Shown: positions 27,679-36,570 of the stretch, piece by piece
Layout: each line of letters starts with the position of its first letter
Numbering within the stretch: position 1 is the first letter of the stretch
NCBI GenBank assembly: GCA_964633285.1
Contig: CAZWGA010000016.1
Coordinates: 19,644 to 83,643, forward strand
DNA length: 64,000 nucleotides
Source: an uncultured Solibacteraceae bacterium
GTDB lineage: Bacteria > Acidobacteriota > Terriglobia > 20CM-2-55-15
Direction: 5' to 3'
Notes under the pieces: model-generated
The model's input: only the letters and a program-made list of their open reading frames with translations
What the model was told of the DNA's origin: nothing
The model's database searches: none
Program-made: the position numbers and the translations under genes

Positions 27679-28136
27679 TGGGAATCCTGGGTCCCGGATC
27701 TTTGGAAATTCTCGAAATCGAACGTGAGTGCGAGCGGCTGGTTCTCGACTTTGTTTATTACAGCGACCGCCAGGATTATGAGGCACTCGCTCGGTTGTTT
27801 GCACCTGACGGAGTGATGTCACGCCCAAGCGGCGATCCACTCGTTGGCCGGGATGCGATTCTGAAATCGTACCAATCGCGGCCGGCAGGACGGATGACCC
27901 GGCACATTTCCACCAATATCCGCATTCATGTGGAATCACGGAGCCGGGCAACCGGCATCAGCTATGCGGTGGTTTTCTCCGCTAATGCCGGTGCGCCGCC
28001 CACGGACCATTTTGGAATCCAGGCGGATCCACGCCAGCTCATCGGTGAATTCGAAGATGAATTCGTACTGACAGACGATGGCTGGCGTATTGCCGCACGC
28101 CGGGCCCGGTTTGTGATGCAATTCGCACCTTTATAG
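27675..28136 (+). CDS. NTF2/SnoaL-like protein
   Basis: LFAPDG, GRDAI, TRHISTN, FEDEF..TDDGWRI; ATGA overlap with the upstream gene. Confidence 0.85.
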   Translation: MMGILGPGSLEILEIERECERLVLDFVYYSDRQDYEALARLFAPDGVMSRPSGDPLVGRDAILKSYQSRPAGRMTRHISTNIRIHVESRSRATGISYAVVFSANAGAPPTDHFGIQADPRQLIGEFEDEFVLTDDGWRIAARRARFVMQFAPL

Positions 28137-28985
28137 CCGGCCGCTGCAGTTGGCTAAAAAATCCTTTACCAGATTCGATGTAACGCGGCGGCGATACTGT
28201 TCGGTGGAACGGATATCGTCGATGGGATGAATTTCATCCTGAATGGCTTTGGCCGCTTCGTCGATGACTTGTTCCGTCAACGGGCGCCCGCGAATCAGGC
28301 TTTCAGTTTGAACGGCGCGAAGCGTGTACGGAGCGACGCTGGCGAAAACCATTCGAATGTCCCGAACCAACCCGTCAGACCCCATCCGAATGCGGCCGGC
28401 GAGAAGTGTCTTCGAGATAGCCTGGAACCGTCGCGTTCCGACTTTTCGAAAATACTCAAACCAACCGCTGTCCGGTTGAGTGAGGTGAATCGCAGTGATC
28501 AGTTCATCGCCTCTGCGTTCCATTTGTTTGTATCCGCGATAGAACTTTCCGAGAGGAACGCGGCGAGTGCCTTTCCTGCTCGCAAGCTCGACTTCTGCGT
28601 CATATGCCATCAGCGCCGGCACGCCATCCGCGGCTGGAGACGCATTCGCGATATTCCCGGCCCACGTGCCGCGGCTCTGAATCGTCAGGGCGCCGACTTC
28701 ACGCGCTGCGAGCGCAAGCATTGGAAACTTCGATTTGATCTCGCTGCGCCGCACATCCCGATACGTTGTCAACGCGCCCAGCGTGAGCGTGCCGCCGCGC
28801 ACGGAAAGCGCGGGCTTCAGCTCCGAGAGTTCCTGGAGATTGAGGAACGAGCATTCCGGAAGGACACCGGCCTGCAAATAGACCATCAAATCGGTGCCTC
28901 CGGCGAGAGGCACAATGCCTTTCACCGAATCCAGCATTTCCAAAGCATCGTCAAGAGAACGAGGATTGTGAACTTCAAAACCCAT
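28131..28985 (-). CDS. Xanthine dehydrogenase family FAD-binding subunit
   Basis: LAGGTDL, GTWAGNIANASPAADG, PIDDIRSTEQYR; start ATG 28985. Confidence 0.92.
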   Translation of the reverse strand: MGFEVHNPRSLDDALEMLDSVKGIVPLAGGTDLMVYLQAGVLPECSFLNLQELSELKPALSVRGGTLTLGALTTYRDVRRSEIKSKFPMLALAAREVGALTIQSRGTWAGNIANASPAADGVPALMAYDAEVELASRKGTRRVPLGKFYRGYKQMERRGDELITAIHLTQPDSGWFEYFRKVGTRRFQAISKTLLAGRIRMGSDGLVRDIRMVFASVAPYTLRAVQTESLIRGRPLTEQVIDEAAKAIQDEIHPIDDIRSTEQYRRRVTSNLVKDFLANCSGRL

Positions 28986-28986
28986 A

Positions 28987-29433
28987 TCAACGCAATGCCG
29001 CTTTAATGGAGTCCAGAATGCGCGTGTAGCCGGTGCATCGGCAGATGTTTCCGGCAAGCGCCTCACGCATGTCTTCCGCCTCGTCCGGATGTTCCCGATA
29101 GTAAGCTCCCGCAATAATCATGCCGGGCGTGCAAATGCCGCACTGTGCCCCTCCATGCTCGTGAAAAGCATCCTGTACCGGATGGAGATTCGAAGCGTCG
29201 CCCAGCCCTTCGATTGTCGTGATCTGCTTTCCCTGCGCCTGGCAGGCGGGGACCATGCAACTCAGGACCAGAAGGCCATCCATGAGAACAGCGCAGGCGC
29301 CACATTCGCCCTCACCGCATCCTTCTTTGGTTCCGGTGAGCCGGAGGTCTTCGCGCAGCACATCGAGAAGACGCCGCATGGGAGCCGATGCGATCTGATA
29401 TGGAGTGCCGTTGACGTTGAACGCAAGTTCCAT
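28987..29433 (-). CDS. Xanthine dehydrogenase family 2Fe-2S subunit
   Basis: GCGEGECGAC, QCGICTPG, CRCTGY. Confidence 0.94.
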   Translation of the reverse strand: MELAFNVNGTPYQIASAPMRRLLDVLREDLRLTGTKEGCGEGECGACAVLMDGLLVLSCMVPACQAQGKQITTIEGLGDASNLHPVQDAFHEHGGAQCGICTPGMIIAGAYYREHPDEAEDMREALAGNICRCTGYTRILDSIKAALR

Positions 29434-29434
29434 C

Positions 29435-31621
29435 CTAAGAATCCACTTCCTTCATCATCCGCTCCGGCAAAATCGGAGCCTCATTAATAAATCGACCGCC
29501 CAACGCCTGAGCGACTGCGGCTGCGATTGCCGGAGCAGGTCCATCGATGGGCATCTCGCCGATGCCCTTCGCATGATAGGGACCCGGATTCGAGTGTGGA
29601 AATTCGATGAACTCCACCTGAATGTCCGGAGTATCGGCGGCTGTCGGAACGATGTAATTGGTGAACTGAGTGTTTTTCATGGCGCCACGATCCAGAACGA
29701 CATTTTCGTAAAGCGCGAATCCCACGCCCTGCGCGATACCACCCTCGATCTGTCCAGCGGCAAGAACCGGATTGATGACGCGTCCACACTCGACCACGGA
29801 AGCGATGTGGGTCGCACGAGCCGAGTATTCGACGAGGTCGACTTCCACTTCCGCCACATCGCAACTCCACGCGTAGCCACTGTAGGCTTCGCCGCGATAC
29901 TTCTCATCGTCCCAGCGAATGTCCGAAGCCGGTTCATAGCGTACGGTCAGCTTCAATTCGCCGTGTTCGGCGATGTATTGGCGGGCTGCTGCGGCAAAAT
30001 CCGTAGGAGCGCCAAGACGCTTCTTCATTTCTTCGGATGCGCGTTCGACAAGTTTCCCCACGATCATGGTTGTTCGCGAAGCCACAGTCGGGCCGCTGTT
30101 CGGCACCGCAGCAGTATCGGGCTGATGGATTTCGACCAGGTCCGGTGAAAGCCCGCATGTTTCCGCCGCGATTTGGGCAAGTACGGTGTTGGTCCCCTGG
30201 CCATATTCGACATTGGCGGCGAAGATCTCCACGCCTCCGCGTCCGGTCAGCCGCATCGATATTTCCGAAGCCAGACGCACTTCCCCGCTTCCTGTAAAAC
30301 CGCTTCCGTGAAAGAACACAGAAACTCCGATACCCTTCCGTGCCGCGCCGCCACGCGCGTTAAGTTCCTCGAACTCCCGGCGCTTCTTTTTGTAATCCGA
30401 AAGCTCCAGCGCGCGATCCATCAACGCCTCGAGATTGATTTCTTCTTTGATGACCTGCCCCGTCGGCATACGGTCACCCTGACGAAGAAAATTCTTCCGT
30501 CTCAATTCGGCGGGATCCATACCCAGGACATCCGCAGCGCGGCTCATGTGCATTTCGATGGCAAAGATCGACTGAGGCGCGCCAAATCCGCGAAAGGCGC
30601 CGTATGGCACGGAATTGGTCATGACCACACGGCTTCGCACACGCGTGTGATCGCATTTATACGGCCCCCAGGAATGCAGTGTGGCGCGCGACAGCACGAC
30701 ATACGACAAGGTCGGGTAGGCTCCGCCGTCAAGGGTGATATCGATATCCAGGGCAAGCAGTGTGCCGTCTCGCTTGAATCCCGCCTTGATGCGGATCGCC
30801 GACGGATGCCGTTTCGTTGTTGCCCACATGTCTTCGTGCCGCGAATAAATCATTTTCACCGGCCGCCCTCCTGCTTTCCACGAGAGCAACGCGGCATGGC
30901 CACCGATCATGTTGGGATATTCTTCCTTCCCTCCGAAGCCTCCACCCGTCTCCGTTTGAATCACTCGAATACGATCCGCGGGCAATCCAAACAACGGTGC
31001 GAGAGCCTTCTGTACGTAATATGGACACTGCATCGAGCCCATGACGGTGATGGACTGGCCGGGAACCGAGGTCGCGATCATCGCCTGAGGTTCGATATAA
31101 AGGTGTTCCTGCGCTCCTGTTCGATATGTCTCTTCGACGATCACATCGGCATCCGTCCACTGGCTGTCCGGATCACCCTGATCCACTGCAATCGATTTGA
31201 AGATGGCCTGGCGCGTGACAGCGGCTTCCATCGTGAGCACGGCCGGCAGTTCCTCCACTTCGACTTCAATGTATTTCAACGCGCGTTCGGCCAATTCTTT
31301 GTCCGGGTGAGCAATCAGCGCGATCGGTTCGGCGATATGACGAATCTCGCGGTCCACAAGAAACGGCTGCTCTGTGTCGATCAAAGTCACGGCGTTCACG
31401 CCGGGAATGTCTTTGGCCAGGACGATCGTGAATTCGGTCCACGGAATTCCATCACGAAAATGAATCCGCCGGATTACACCGCGAGGTATCGTCGAACGAA
31501 CGGTCCTGCCGTATAGACAATTCTCGAGCGGAACATCGTCCGCATAGAGGGCGTGCCCGGTCAGCTTCGGAATGCCTTCTTTACGGCGAACGCTCTTCCC
31601 TATCGTCTGAAACGTCTTCAC
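29435..31621 (-). CDS. Xanthine dehydrogenase family molybdopterin-binding subunit
   Basis: QEHLYIEP, GGGFGGKE, AFRGFG, GQG, GQIEGG, KGIGE; purine-catabolic context. Confidence 0.93.
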   Translation of the reverse strand: MKTFQTIGKSVRRKEGIPKLTGHALYADDVPLENCLYGRTVRSTIPRGVIRRIHFRDGIPWTEFTIVLAKDIPGVNAVTLIDTEQPFLVDREIRHIAEPIALIAHPDKELAERALKYIEVEVEELPAVLTMEAAVTRQAIFKSIAVDQGDPDSQWTDADVIVEETYRTGAQEHLYIEPQAMIATSVPGQSITVMGSMQCPYYVQKALAPLFGLPADRIRVIQTETGGGFGGKEEYPNMIGGHAALLSWKAGGRPVKMIYSRHEDMWATTKRHPSAIRIKAGFKRDGTLLALDIDITLDGGAYPTLSYVVLSRATLHSWGPYKCDHTRVRSRVVMTNSVPYGAFRGFGAPQSIFAIEMHMSRAADVLGMDPAELRRKNFLRQGDRMPTGQVIKEEINLEALMDRALELSDYKKKRREFEELNARGGAARKGIGVSVFFHGSGFTGSGEVRLASEISMRLTGRGGVEIFAANVEYGQGTNTVLAQIAAETCGLSPDLVEIHQPDTAAVPNSGPTVASRTTMIVGKLVERASEEMKKRLGAPTDFAAAARQYIAEHGELKLTVRYEPASDIRWDDEKYRGEAYSGYAWSCDVAEVEVDLVEYSARATHIASVVECGRVINPVLAAGQIEGGIAQGVGFALYENVVLDRGAMKNTQFTNYIVPTAADTPDIQVEFIEFPHSNPGPYHAKGIGEMPIDGPAPAIAAAVAQALGGRFINEAPILPERMMKEVDS

Positions 31622-32862
31622 ACCGCACCTGCGAGTTCGGCCAAAGCTTCGGCAAGAATCAGGGTGCCTCTGCCGATTTCTTCAGGCGAGGAATATTCAT
31701 CGGGACGATGACTGAAACCAGAACGGCACGGAATAAAAATCATGGCTGTAGGCGCGATTCGGGAAATGAACAGCGAGTCGTGATACGCGCGGCTGATCAT
31801 GCGCATGTGAGTCAGTTGATGCGTCTCACATGCCCGGCTGAGTACTTCCACAACTTCAGGTGCGCATTGCGCCGGCGGATCGACATTCAACGGTTCGATA
31901 CGAACGCCGAGACGCCGGCGCATCGCCACTTCCTCGCACGTTGTTTTTATTTTTCGAAGGACACCGTCACGCCGGCCCTCATCGATATCCCGCACATCGA
32001 TCTCGAGTCGCACCTTGCTTGGAATGCTGTTCACAGCGCCGGGAAACACTTCACATACGCCAGTCGTGCCTACGGTATCGGCGGCGCCGGTCGAACGAGC
32101 CGCGACTTCAACGGCAAGCGCAATTTCCGACGCACCCAGCAAAGCATCGCGCCGATCGGGCATCAACACCGCGCCCGCGTGGCCGCCTTCGCCTTCGATG
32201 GAGATGCGAAAACTGGCGGGCGCCGCGATCGCCGTCACAATTCCGATGTCGGTCTTTTGAGCTTCGAGGATCGGACCTTGCTCGATATGCAATTCAACGA
32301 AAGCCTCGTAGTAACCTTCCGGCAATCGTACATCCGAAAGCGAACCTTTGAATCCTGCGTGGACGCGCGCCTGGTCGAGCGTCACTCCGCCGCGATCCTT
32401 CAACTGTTGGGCGATTGCCGGATCCAGCATGCCGCTCAAAAGCCGGCTGCCCATGCAACCGATTCCGAAGCGAGTCGGTTCCTCCGAGGTGAAGATCAGC
32501 AGTTCAATCGAACGGCGAGGATGAAACCCACTTCGCTGCAGCGCGCGAATCGCCTCGAGACCGCCGGCCACTCCGACGGTTCCGTCATATTTGCCGGCAT
32601 TCGGTATAGCGTCGATATGAGAGCCCGTACCAATCGGCGGCAACTCCGGCTGCGACCCCGGCCATCGCGCGAATGTGTTGCCCACCGGGTCTTCGCGAAT
32701 CACCAGCCCTGCAGCGCCGCAAAGATCCTTCATGAATTGACGGCCTCGAAGATCCGCCTCAGTAAAGACAACCCGGGTCGTGACCGGTGGAGCTGCCTCG
32801 GAAATCGCGCCCAGTGTTTCAAGCTCCTCAGCAAGCCTGGATTGATCGACTGAAATATTCAT
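31618..32862 (-). CDS. M20 amidohydrolase, probable ureidoglycolate amidohydrolase (plant UAH-like)
   Basis: GSHIDAIP, GKYDG, FTSEEPTRFG, ELHIEQG, GGHAG, SRAYHDSLF, SHRPDEY; second M20 gene of the cluster. Confidence 0.8.
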   Translation of the reverse strand: MNISVDQSRLAEELETLGAISEAAPPVTTRVVFTEADLRGRQFMKDLCGAAGLVIREDPVGNTFARWPGSQPELPPIGTGSHIDAIPNAGKYDGTVGVAGGLEAIRALQRSGFHPRRSIELLIFTSEEPTRFGIGCMGSRLLSGMLDPAIAQQLKDRGGVTLDQARVHAGFKGSLSDVRLPEGYYEAFVELHIEQGPILEAQKTDIGIVTAIAAPASFRISIEGEGGHAGAVLMPDRRDALLGASEIALAVEVAARSTGAADTVGTTGVCEVFPGAVNSIPSKVRLEIDVRDIDEGRRDGVLRKIKTTCEEVAMRRRLGVRIEPLNVDPPAQCAPEVVEVLSRACETHQLTHMRMISRAYHDSLFISRIAPTAMIFIPCRSGFSHRPDEYSSPEEIGRGTLILAEALAELAGAV

Positions 32863-32882
32863 CGTGCTTCTGCCACGGGTTG

Positions 32883-33605
32883 CTACGGGAGAGGACTTCT
32901 GTTCCAGTCTTTGTAAATCAGATACCGGGCGGGCACCCTCCCCAACGCTCCGAACCATTGAGGACAATACGGCGCCATCCAGATGAAATCCCCTTGCTTC
33001 ACCGGATACCAGGAATCGCCAAGACGATAAATGCCGCCGCCGGCGAGCATCAATAATCCGTGCTCCATAACGTGACTCTCAACCATGGGCAGCGCGGCTC
33101 CCGGCTGAAAGGTCATCGTGTTGACGGCCATATCGAAAGAGAAATGATCCGGAAGAAGATGACGCACTTCGACGCTGGCATCACCCTCCATGGGTTCCGC
33201 CTGCACCCCGGCTTCACGGCCTGTCAGGAATTCAGGAGCGGCCACACCGGCCTGCGCCTGATAAGGTTTCTCAATGACTGCGGCGCGAGCATTCCCCAAC
33301 GATGTCACGGACGCGCGAACGCCTTGAGGGCAATATGCATAATGGCCGGAAGAAAGTTTCTGGCCTTCGATCAAAACTTCGCCTTCGAGCACATACACAA
33401 AGCGCTGCGCCGCAGCGGGAGCAAGGACACCGTCTGCTTCGAACTCAACGGTGAATTGCGTGAACCGGGCGCCACGAGCCGGCCCCACGTGAATAATCGC
33501 GTTCGCGTTCTTCATTCCCGGAAGCGGCGCGCGCACAAAGGTATCGGGCGTCAATAGGAGATGATCGTGACGATGAGCGCTGCGTGTATGACCCAGATCC
33601 TGCAT
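32883..33605 (-). CDS. allE: (S)-ureidoglycine aminohydrolase
   Basis: Bicupin with VESHVMEHG, GDFIWMAPYCPQ, YLIYKDWNR. Confidence 0.92.
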   Translation of the reverse strand: MQDLGHTRSAHRHDHLLLTPDTFVRAPLPGMKNANAIIHVGPARGARFTQFTVEFEADGVLAPAAAQRFVYVLEGEVLIEGQKLSSGHYAYCPQGVRASVTSLGNARAAVIEKPYQAQAGVAAPEFLTGREAGVQAEPMEGDASVEVRHLLPDHFSFDMAVNTMTFQPGAALPMVESHVMEHGLLMLAGGGIYRLGDSWYPVKQGDFIWMAPYCPQWFGALGRVPARYLIYKDWNRSPLP

Positions 33606-33609
33606 TCGG

Positions 33610-34101
33610 TTACTTGATTGTGTCCCTCAAACGGAATTCCGCGATGCGATAAACCTGGCGGAGAGCCTCCTGGAACTCCGCCTCAGACGAAGCCTCCATC
33701 CGCCGTTCGAGCGCATCGAGCACATCGTACTTCGTGCTTCCTTTGACAGCGAATAAAAAAGGGAAACTGAACTTACTTCTGTACGCCGAATTCAGCCGAT
33801 TCAGGCGTTCGAACTCGTCCGGCGTCAATTGATCGAGACCCGCGCCGGATTGCTCGCGCGTTGATGCCGTGGTAATGCGGGCTCGAGTCCCAAGATCGGG
33901 ATGAGCACGAAGGAGCCCGAGTTGTTCGTCGCGGTTTGCAGCTTCGACCTCCGCTTTCATCACACCCAGAGCGCCTTCAAGACTCGCAAACGGCCGTTTG
34001 AACCACGCCCTTTCGGCAACCCACGGTGAATGCTCAAAAATCCACCCGATGGCACTGACGAATTCCGATTGATCGAACGCGTTGAGATCGGCGAGATTCA
34101 T
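33610..34101 (-). CDS. uraD: OHCU decarboxylase
   Basis: FEHSPWVA, AHPDLG, STREQ, YRSKFSFPF, IAEFRL. Confidence 0.93.
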   Translation of the reverse strand: MNLADLNAFDQSEFVSAIGWIFEHSPWVAERAWFKRPFASLEGALGVMKAEVEAANRDEQLGLLRAHPDLGTRARITTASTREQSGAGLDQLTPDEFERLNRLNSAYRSKFSFPFLFAVKGSTKYDVLDALERRMEASSEAEFQEALRQVYRIAEFRLRDTIK

Positions 34102-34877
34102 CGCTCACGCAGCAACTTCGCTGCAAACGCTCCAACAACGATCAGAATCGACAGGACAATCCAGTTGTATTGGGAGCCGTACGTCGCCACAGGAAAATGA
34201 TTACTGATCATGATAAACACAACCGGAACGACCATGAAGTTATTGTGCTTCGTGCGTTGCTTTGCCCGCGCCGCCAGCGACATGTCGGGCTCCTTGCCTT
34301 CTTTCGCGGCGGCCACAAGCTTTCGTTGAAATGGGATGATGCGCATCCACACATTCGCCGTCATGATGGTTCCGAACATTGCGCCGACGTGGATGTATGC
34401 GGCGCGGCCATCCAGGATTCTTGTCAGCCCGAAGATTATTCCAAGCAGCAGTAGGAAGGAAATCACCGATCCGGCAGGTTCATTCTTCGACAGCGGCGAA
34501 CACCACAGCAGATCGTAAACCGCCCATGTGAGCGCGAGAAAAATCATACCCATCACGATAGCGAGTGGAATGCCGGCGCCGTGTGTTTCCATGAGCCCAC
34601 CGGCGTAATAGACAATGATCAGAAGCGCAAAACCGCTCAACCACGTGACGGCCGCTTCCCAGCGAAACCAATGCAACTGCTGCGGAAGCGCTTTCGGAAC
34701 CTTCTGGCGTTCGACGATATAGAAACCGCCGCTGTGAACCATCCAGAGTGACTTCTCGGAGTTCAACGCGCGGTCCATCCACGTAAAGAGGAACGTTTGA
34801 CCGATCCACATAATGCCGGCAAAAACATGGATCCATCGGGCAGTCAGATTGAGCCACTCGCTGAGGTTGAATTGCAT
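34098..34877 (-). CDS. puuD: Membrane urate hydroxylase PuuD-like (no cytochrome c domain)
   Basis: RWIHVFAGIMWIG, WMVHSGGFY, LHWFRWEA, NVWMRIIP, HNN...MISNHF; no CxxCH. Confidence 0.87.
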   Translation of the reverse strand: MQFNLSEWLNLTARWIHVFAGIMWIGQTFLFTWMDRALNSEKSLWMVHSGGFYIVERQKVPKALPQQLHWFRWEAAVTWLSGFALLIIVYYAGGLMETHGAGIPLAIVMGMIFLALTWAVYDLLWCSPLSKNEPAGSVISFLLLLGIIFGLTRILDGRAAYIHVGAMFGTIMTANVWMRIIPFQRKLVAAAKEGKEPDMSLAARAKQRTKHNNFMVVPVVFIMISNHFPVATYGSQYNWIVLSILIVVGAFAAKLLRER

Positions 34878-34879
34878 GA

Positions 34880-35224
34880 TCAGGTTCCGCGATAGGTCGA
34901 ATATCCGAAAGGACTCAACAGCAGGGGCACATGATAGTGCTGCGCCGCATCGGTCACAGTAAAGAGCACGGCGATGCTCGGGTAAAAACAGTCCATCCTT
35001 CGGGAGGCGAAATAAACTGCGGTATCGAATGTGAGCCGGTAAGTTCCTGCCGACAGCTTCAAGCCTTCCGGTAGCAAGCCTCGAACTCTCCCTTCGGTGT
35101 CGGTTATGCTTTGCCCGACCGTAGAAGCCGAGCCATCTACTGCAATCCTCTCGAGAACTACGGGGACACCGGCCGCAGGACGCCCCATCGATGTATCGAG
35201 AACATGCGTGCTGACACCGCTCAT
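34880..35224 (-). CDS. uraH: 5-hydroxyisourate hydrolase
   Basis: STHVLD, HYHVPLLLSPFGYSTYRG(T). Confidence 0.94.
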   Translation of the reverse strand: MSGVSTHVLDTSMGRPAAGVPVVLERIAVDGSASTVGQSITDTEGRVRGLLPEGLKLSAGTYRLTFDTAVYFASRRMDCFYPSIAVLFTVTDAAQHYHVPLLLSPFGYSTYRGT

Positions 35225-36570
35225 AGCTCCCCCGGTTGCGGCTTGACGAGTTTGCCTCCGCCTTTTGAAATCACCATGCCGTTCTCAAAAATGGTTTCAC
35301 CCCGCCGAATCGTTCGGTTCACAACGCCCCGGAACGATGCGCCGATATACGGACTCAGCGGATGGCGCTGCTGGAGATTCTCCGGTTTCAGTGTGAATGA
35401 CGCAGAGAGATCCACCAATGCAAGATCCGCGATGGCGCCGGGAATCACACGGCCGCGATTCGGAAGCTGAAATCGGGACGCGGGTACCGCCGCAATCAGC
35501 GACGCAATCAGTTCGAGCGGCAATCCCCGCCGATGGTAACCCTGCTCGATCAAAACAGCCAGCGTCGACTGCACGCCTGCGATACCGCCCCAGGCTTTGT
35601 TGAAATCTCCGGCCTTGCGATCCGGAGACGAAGGTGAATGATCGGACGCAACGAGATCCACCGTGCCGCGCAGCAGTTCACTCCAGAGATTCGTTTGTTC
35701 CTCTTTATCGCGAATCGGAGGCGCGCATTTGGCGACGGCGCCGAGCCGCTCCACATCTTCGCCGGTGAAAAACAAATAATGCGGGCACGTTTCAATCGTG
35801 ACATTCACACCGCGCGCCCGCGCTTCGGCTGCAAGCACAACGCCGCGGCCTGAGCTGACGTGAATAAGATGCAGCATGGCGCCGGCCTCGCCTGCGAAGA
35901 GCGTTGCGCGTTGAATCGCGTCAAGCTCGGCAACAACCGGGCGGGAGTCGAGAAAATCTCGGATACTTTGACGGCCTTCCGCCGCTTTCCGGCGGGAAAG
36001 CGCGGCGATCAAGTCATGGTTTTCAGCGTGTATCGCGACAGGGAGGCCGAGGCGCGACGCTTTGCGAAACCCATCAAGCAGGGTTAAATCGTCAACACGC
36101 GGAAACTCATCGAGGCCCGAATGGCACATGAACGCTTTGAACCCGATGACGCCGGACGCCGCGAGCTCTTCCATGTTCTGCAGGCTGTCGGGCGTGAGCC
36201 CACCCCAGAGAGCAAAATCAGTGACCGATGCCGCTTCCAGGGCCTCCCGCTTGCGATCAAACTCCCGGGCGTTCACGGTACACGGTATCGAATTGAGCGG
36301 CATATCGAAGAACACCGTTCCGCCGCCCGCGGCCAGCGCCCTGCTTCCTGTGCCCCCGCCTTCCCACTCCGTGTGACCGGGCTCGTTGAAGTGCACATGC
36401 ACATCAATCAGGCCTGGAAATATGAATAAACCGCGCGCATCGATTTCTTCCGAAGCGCCGCCAAGCGCAGGCGCGATCGCGGTGATCGACTCGCATTCAA
36501 CGGCGATGTCGCCCTGATACACTTCTTCGGGAGTTACGATCGTTCCGCCGCGAATAATGTAGTCAGCCAT
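35221..36570 (-). CDS. allB: Allantoinase
   Basis: DVHVHFNEPG, DMPLNSIP, GFKAF, HAEN, ETCPHYL, KCAPPIR, SDHSP, WGGIAG. Confidence 0.93.
   Translation of the reverse strand: MADYIIRGGTIVTPEEVYQGDIAVECESITAIAPALGGASEEIDARGLFIFPGLIDVHVHFNEPGHTEWEGGGTGSRALAAGGGTVFFDMPLNSIPCTVNAREFDRKREALEAASVTDFALWGGLTPDSLQNMEELAASGVIGFKAFMCHSGLDEFPRVDDLTLLDGFRKASRLGLPVAIHAENHDLIAALSRRKAAEGRQSIRDFLDSRPVVAELDAIQRATLFAGEAGAMLHLIHVSSGRGVVLAAEARARGVNVTIETCPHYLFFTGEDVERLGAVAKCAPPIRDKEEQTNLWSELLRGTVDLVASDHSPSSPDRKAGDFNKAWGGIAGVQSTLAVLIEQGYHRRGLPLELIASLIAAVPASRFQLPNRGRVIPGAIADLALVDLSASFTLKPENLQQRHPLSPYIGASFRGVVNRTIRRGETIFENGMVISKGGGKLVKPQPGEL

Noticed and set aside
28131-31621. Aerobic CO dehydrogenase
   Set aside because: Active-site loop is AFRGFG, not AYxCSFR, and the context is purine catabolism.
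30173-32853. 447-aa and 381-aa plus-strand ORFs
   Set aside because: Antisense to the xanthine dehydrogenase Mo subunit and the M20 hydrolase, which carry clear motifs.
34880-34895. UraH ends YRGT instead of YRGS
   Set aside because: Conservative variant with the other catalytic residues intact; not enough to suggest a new function.
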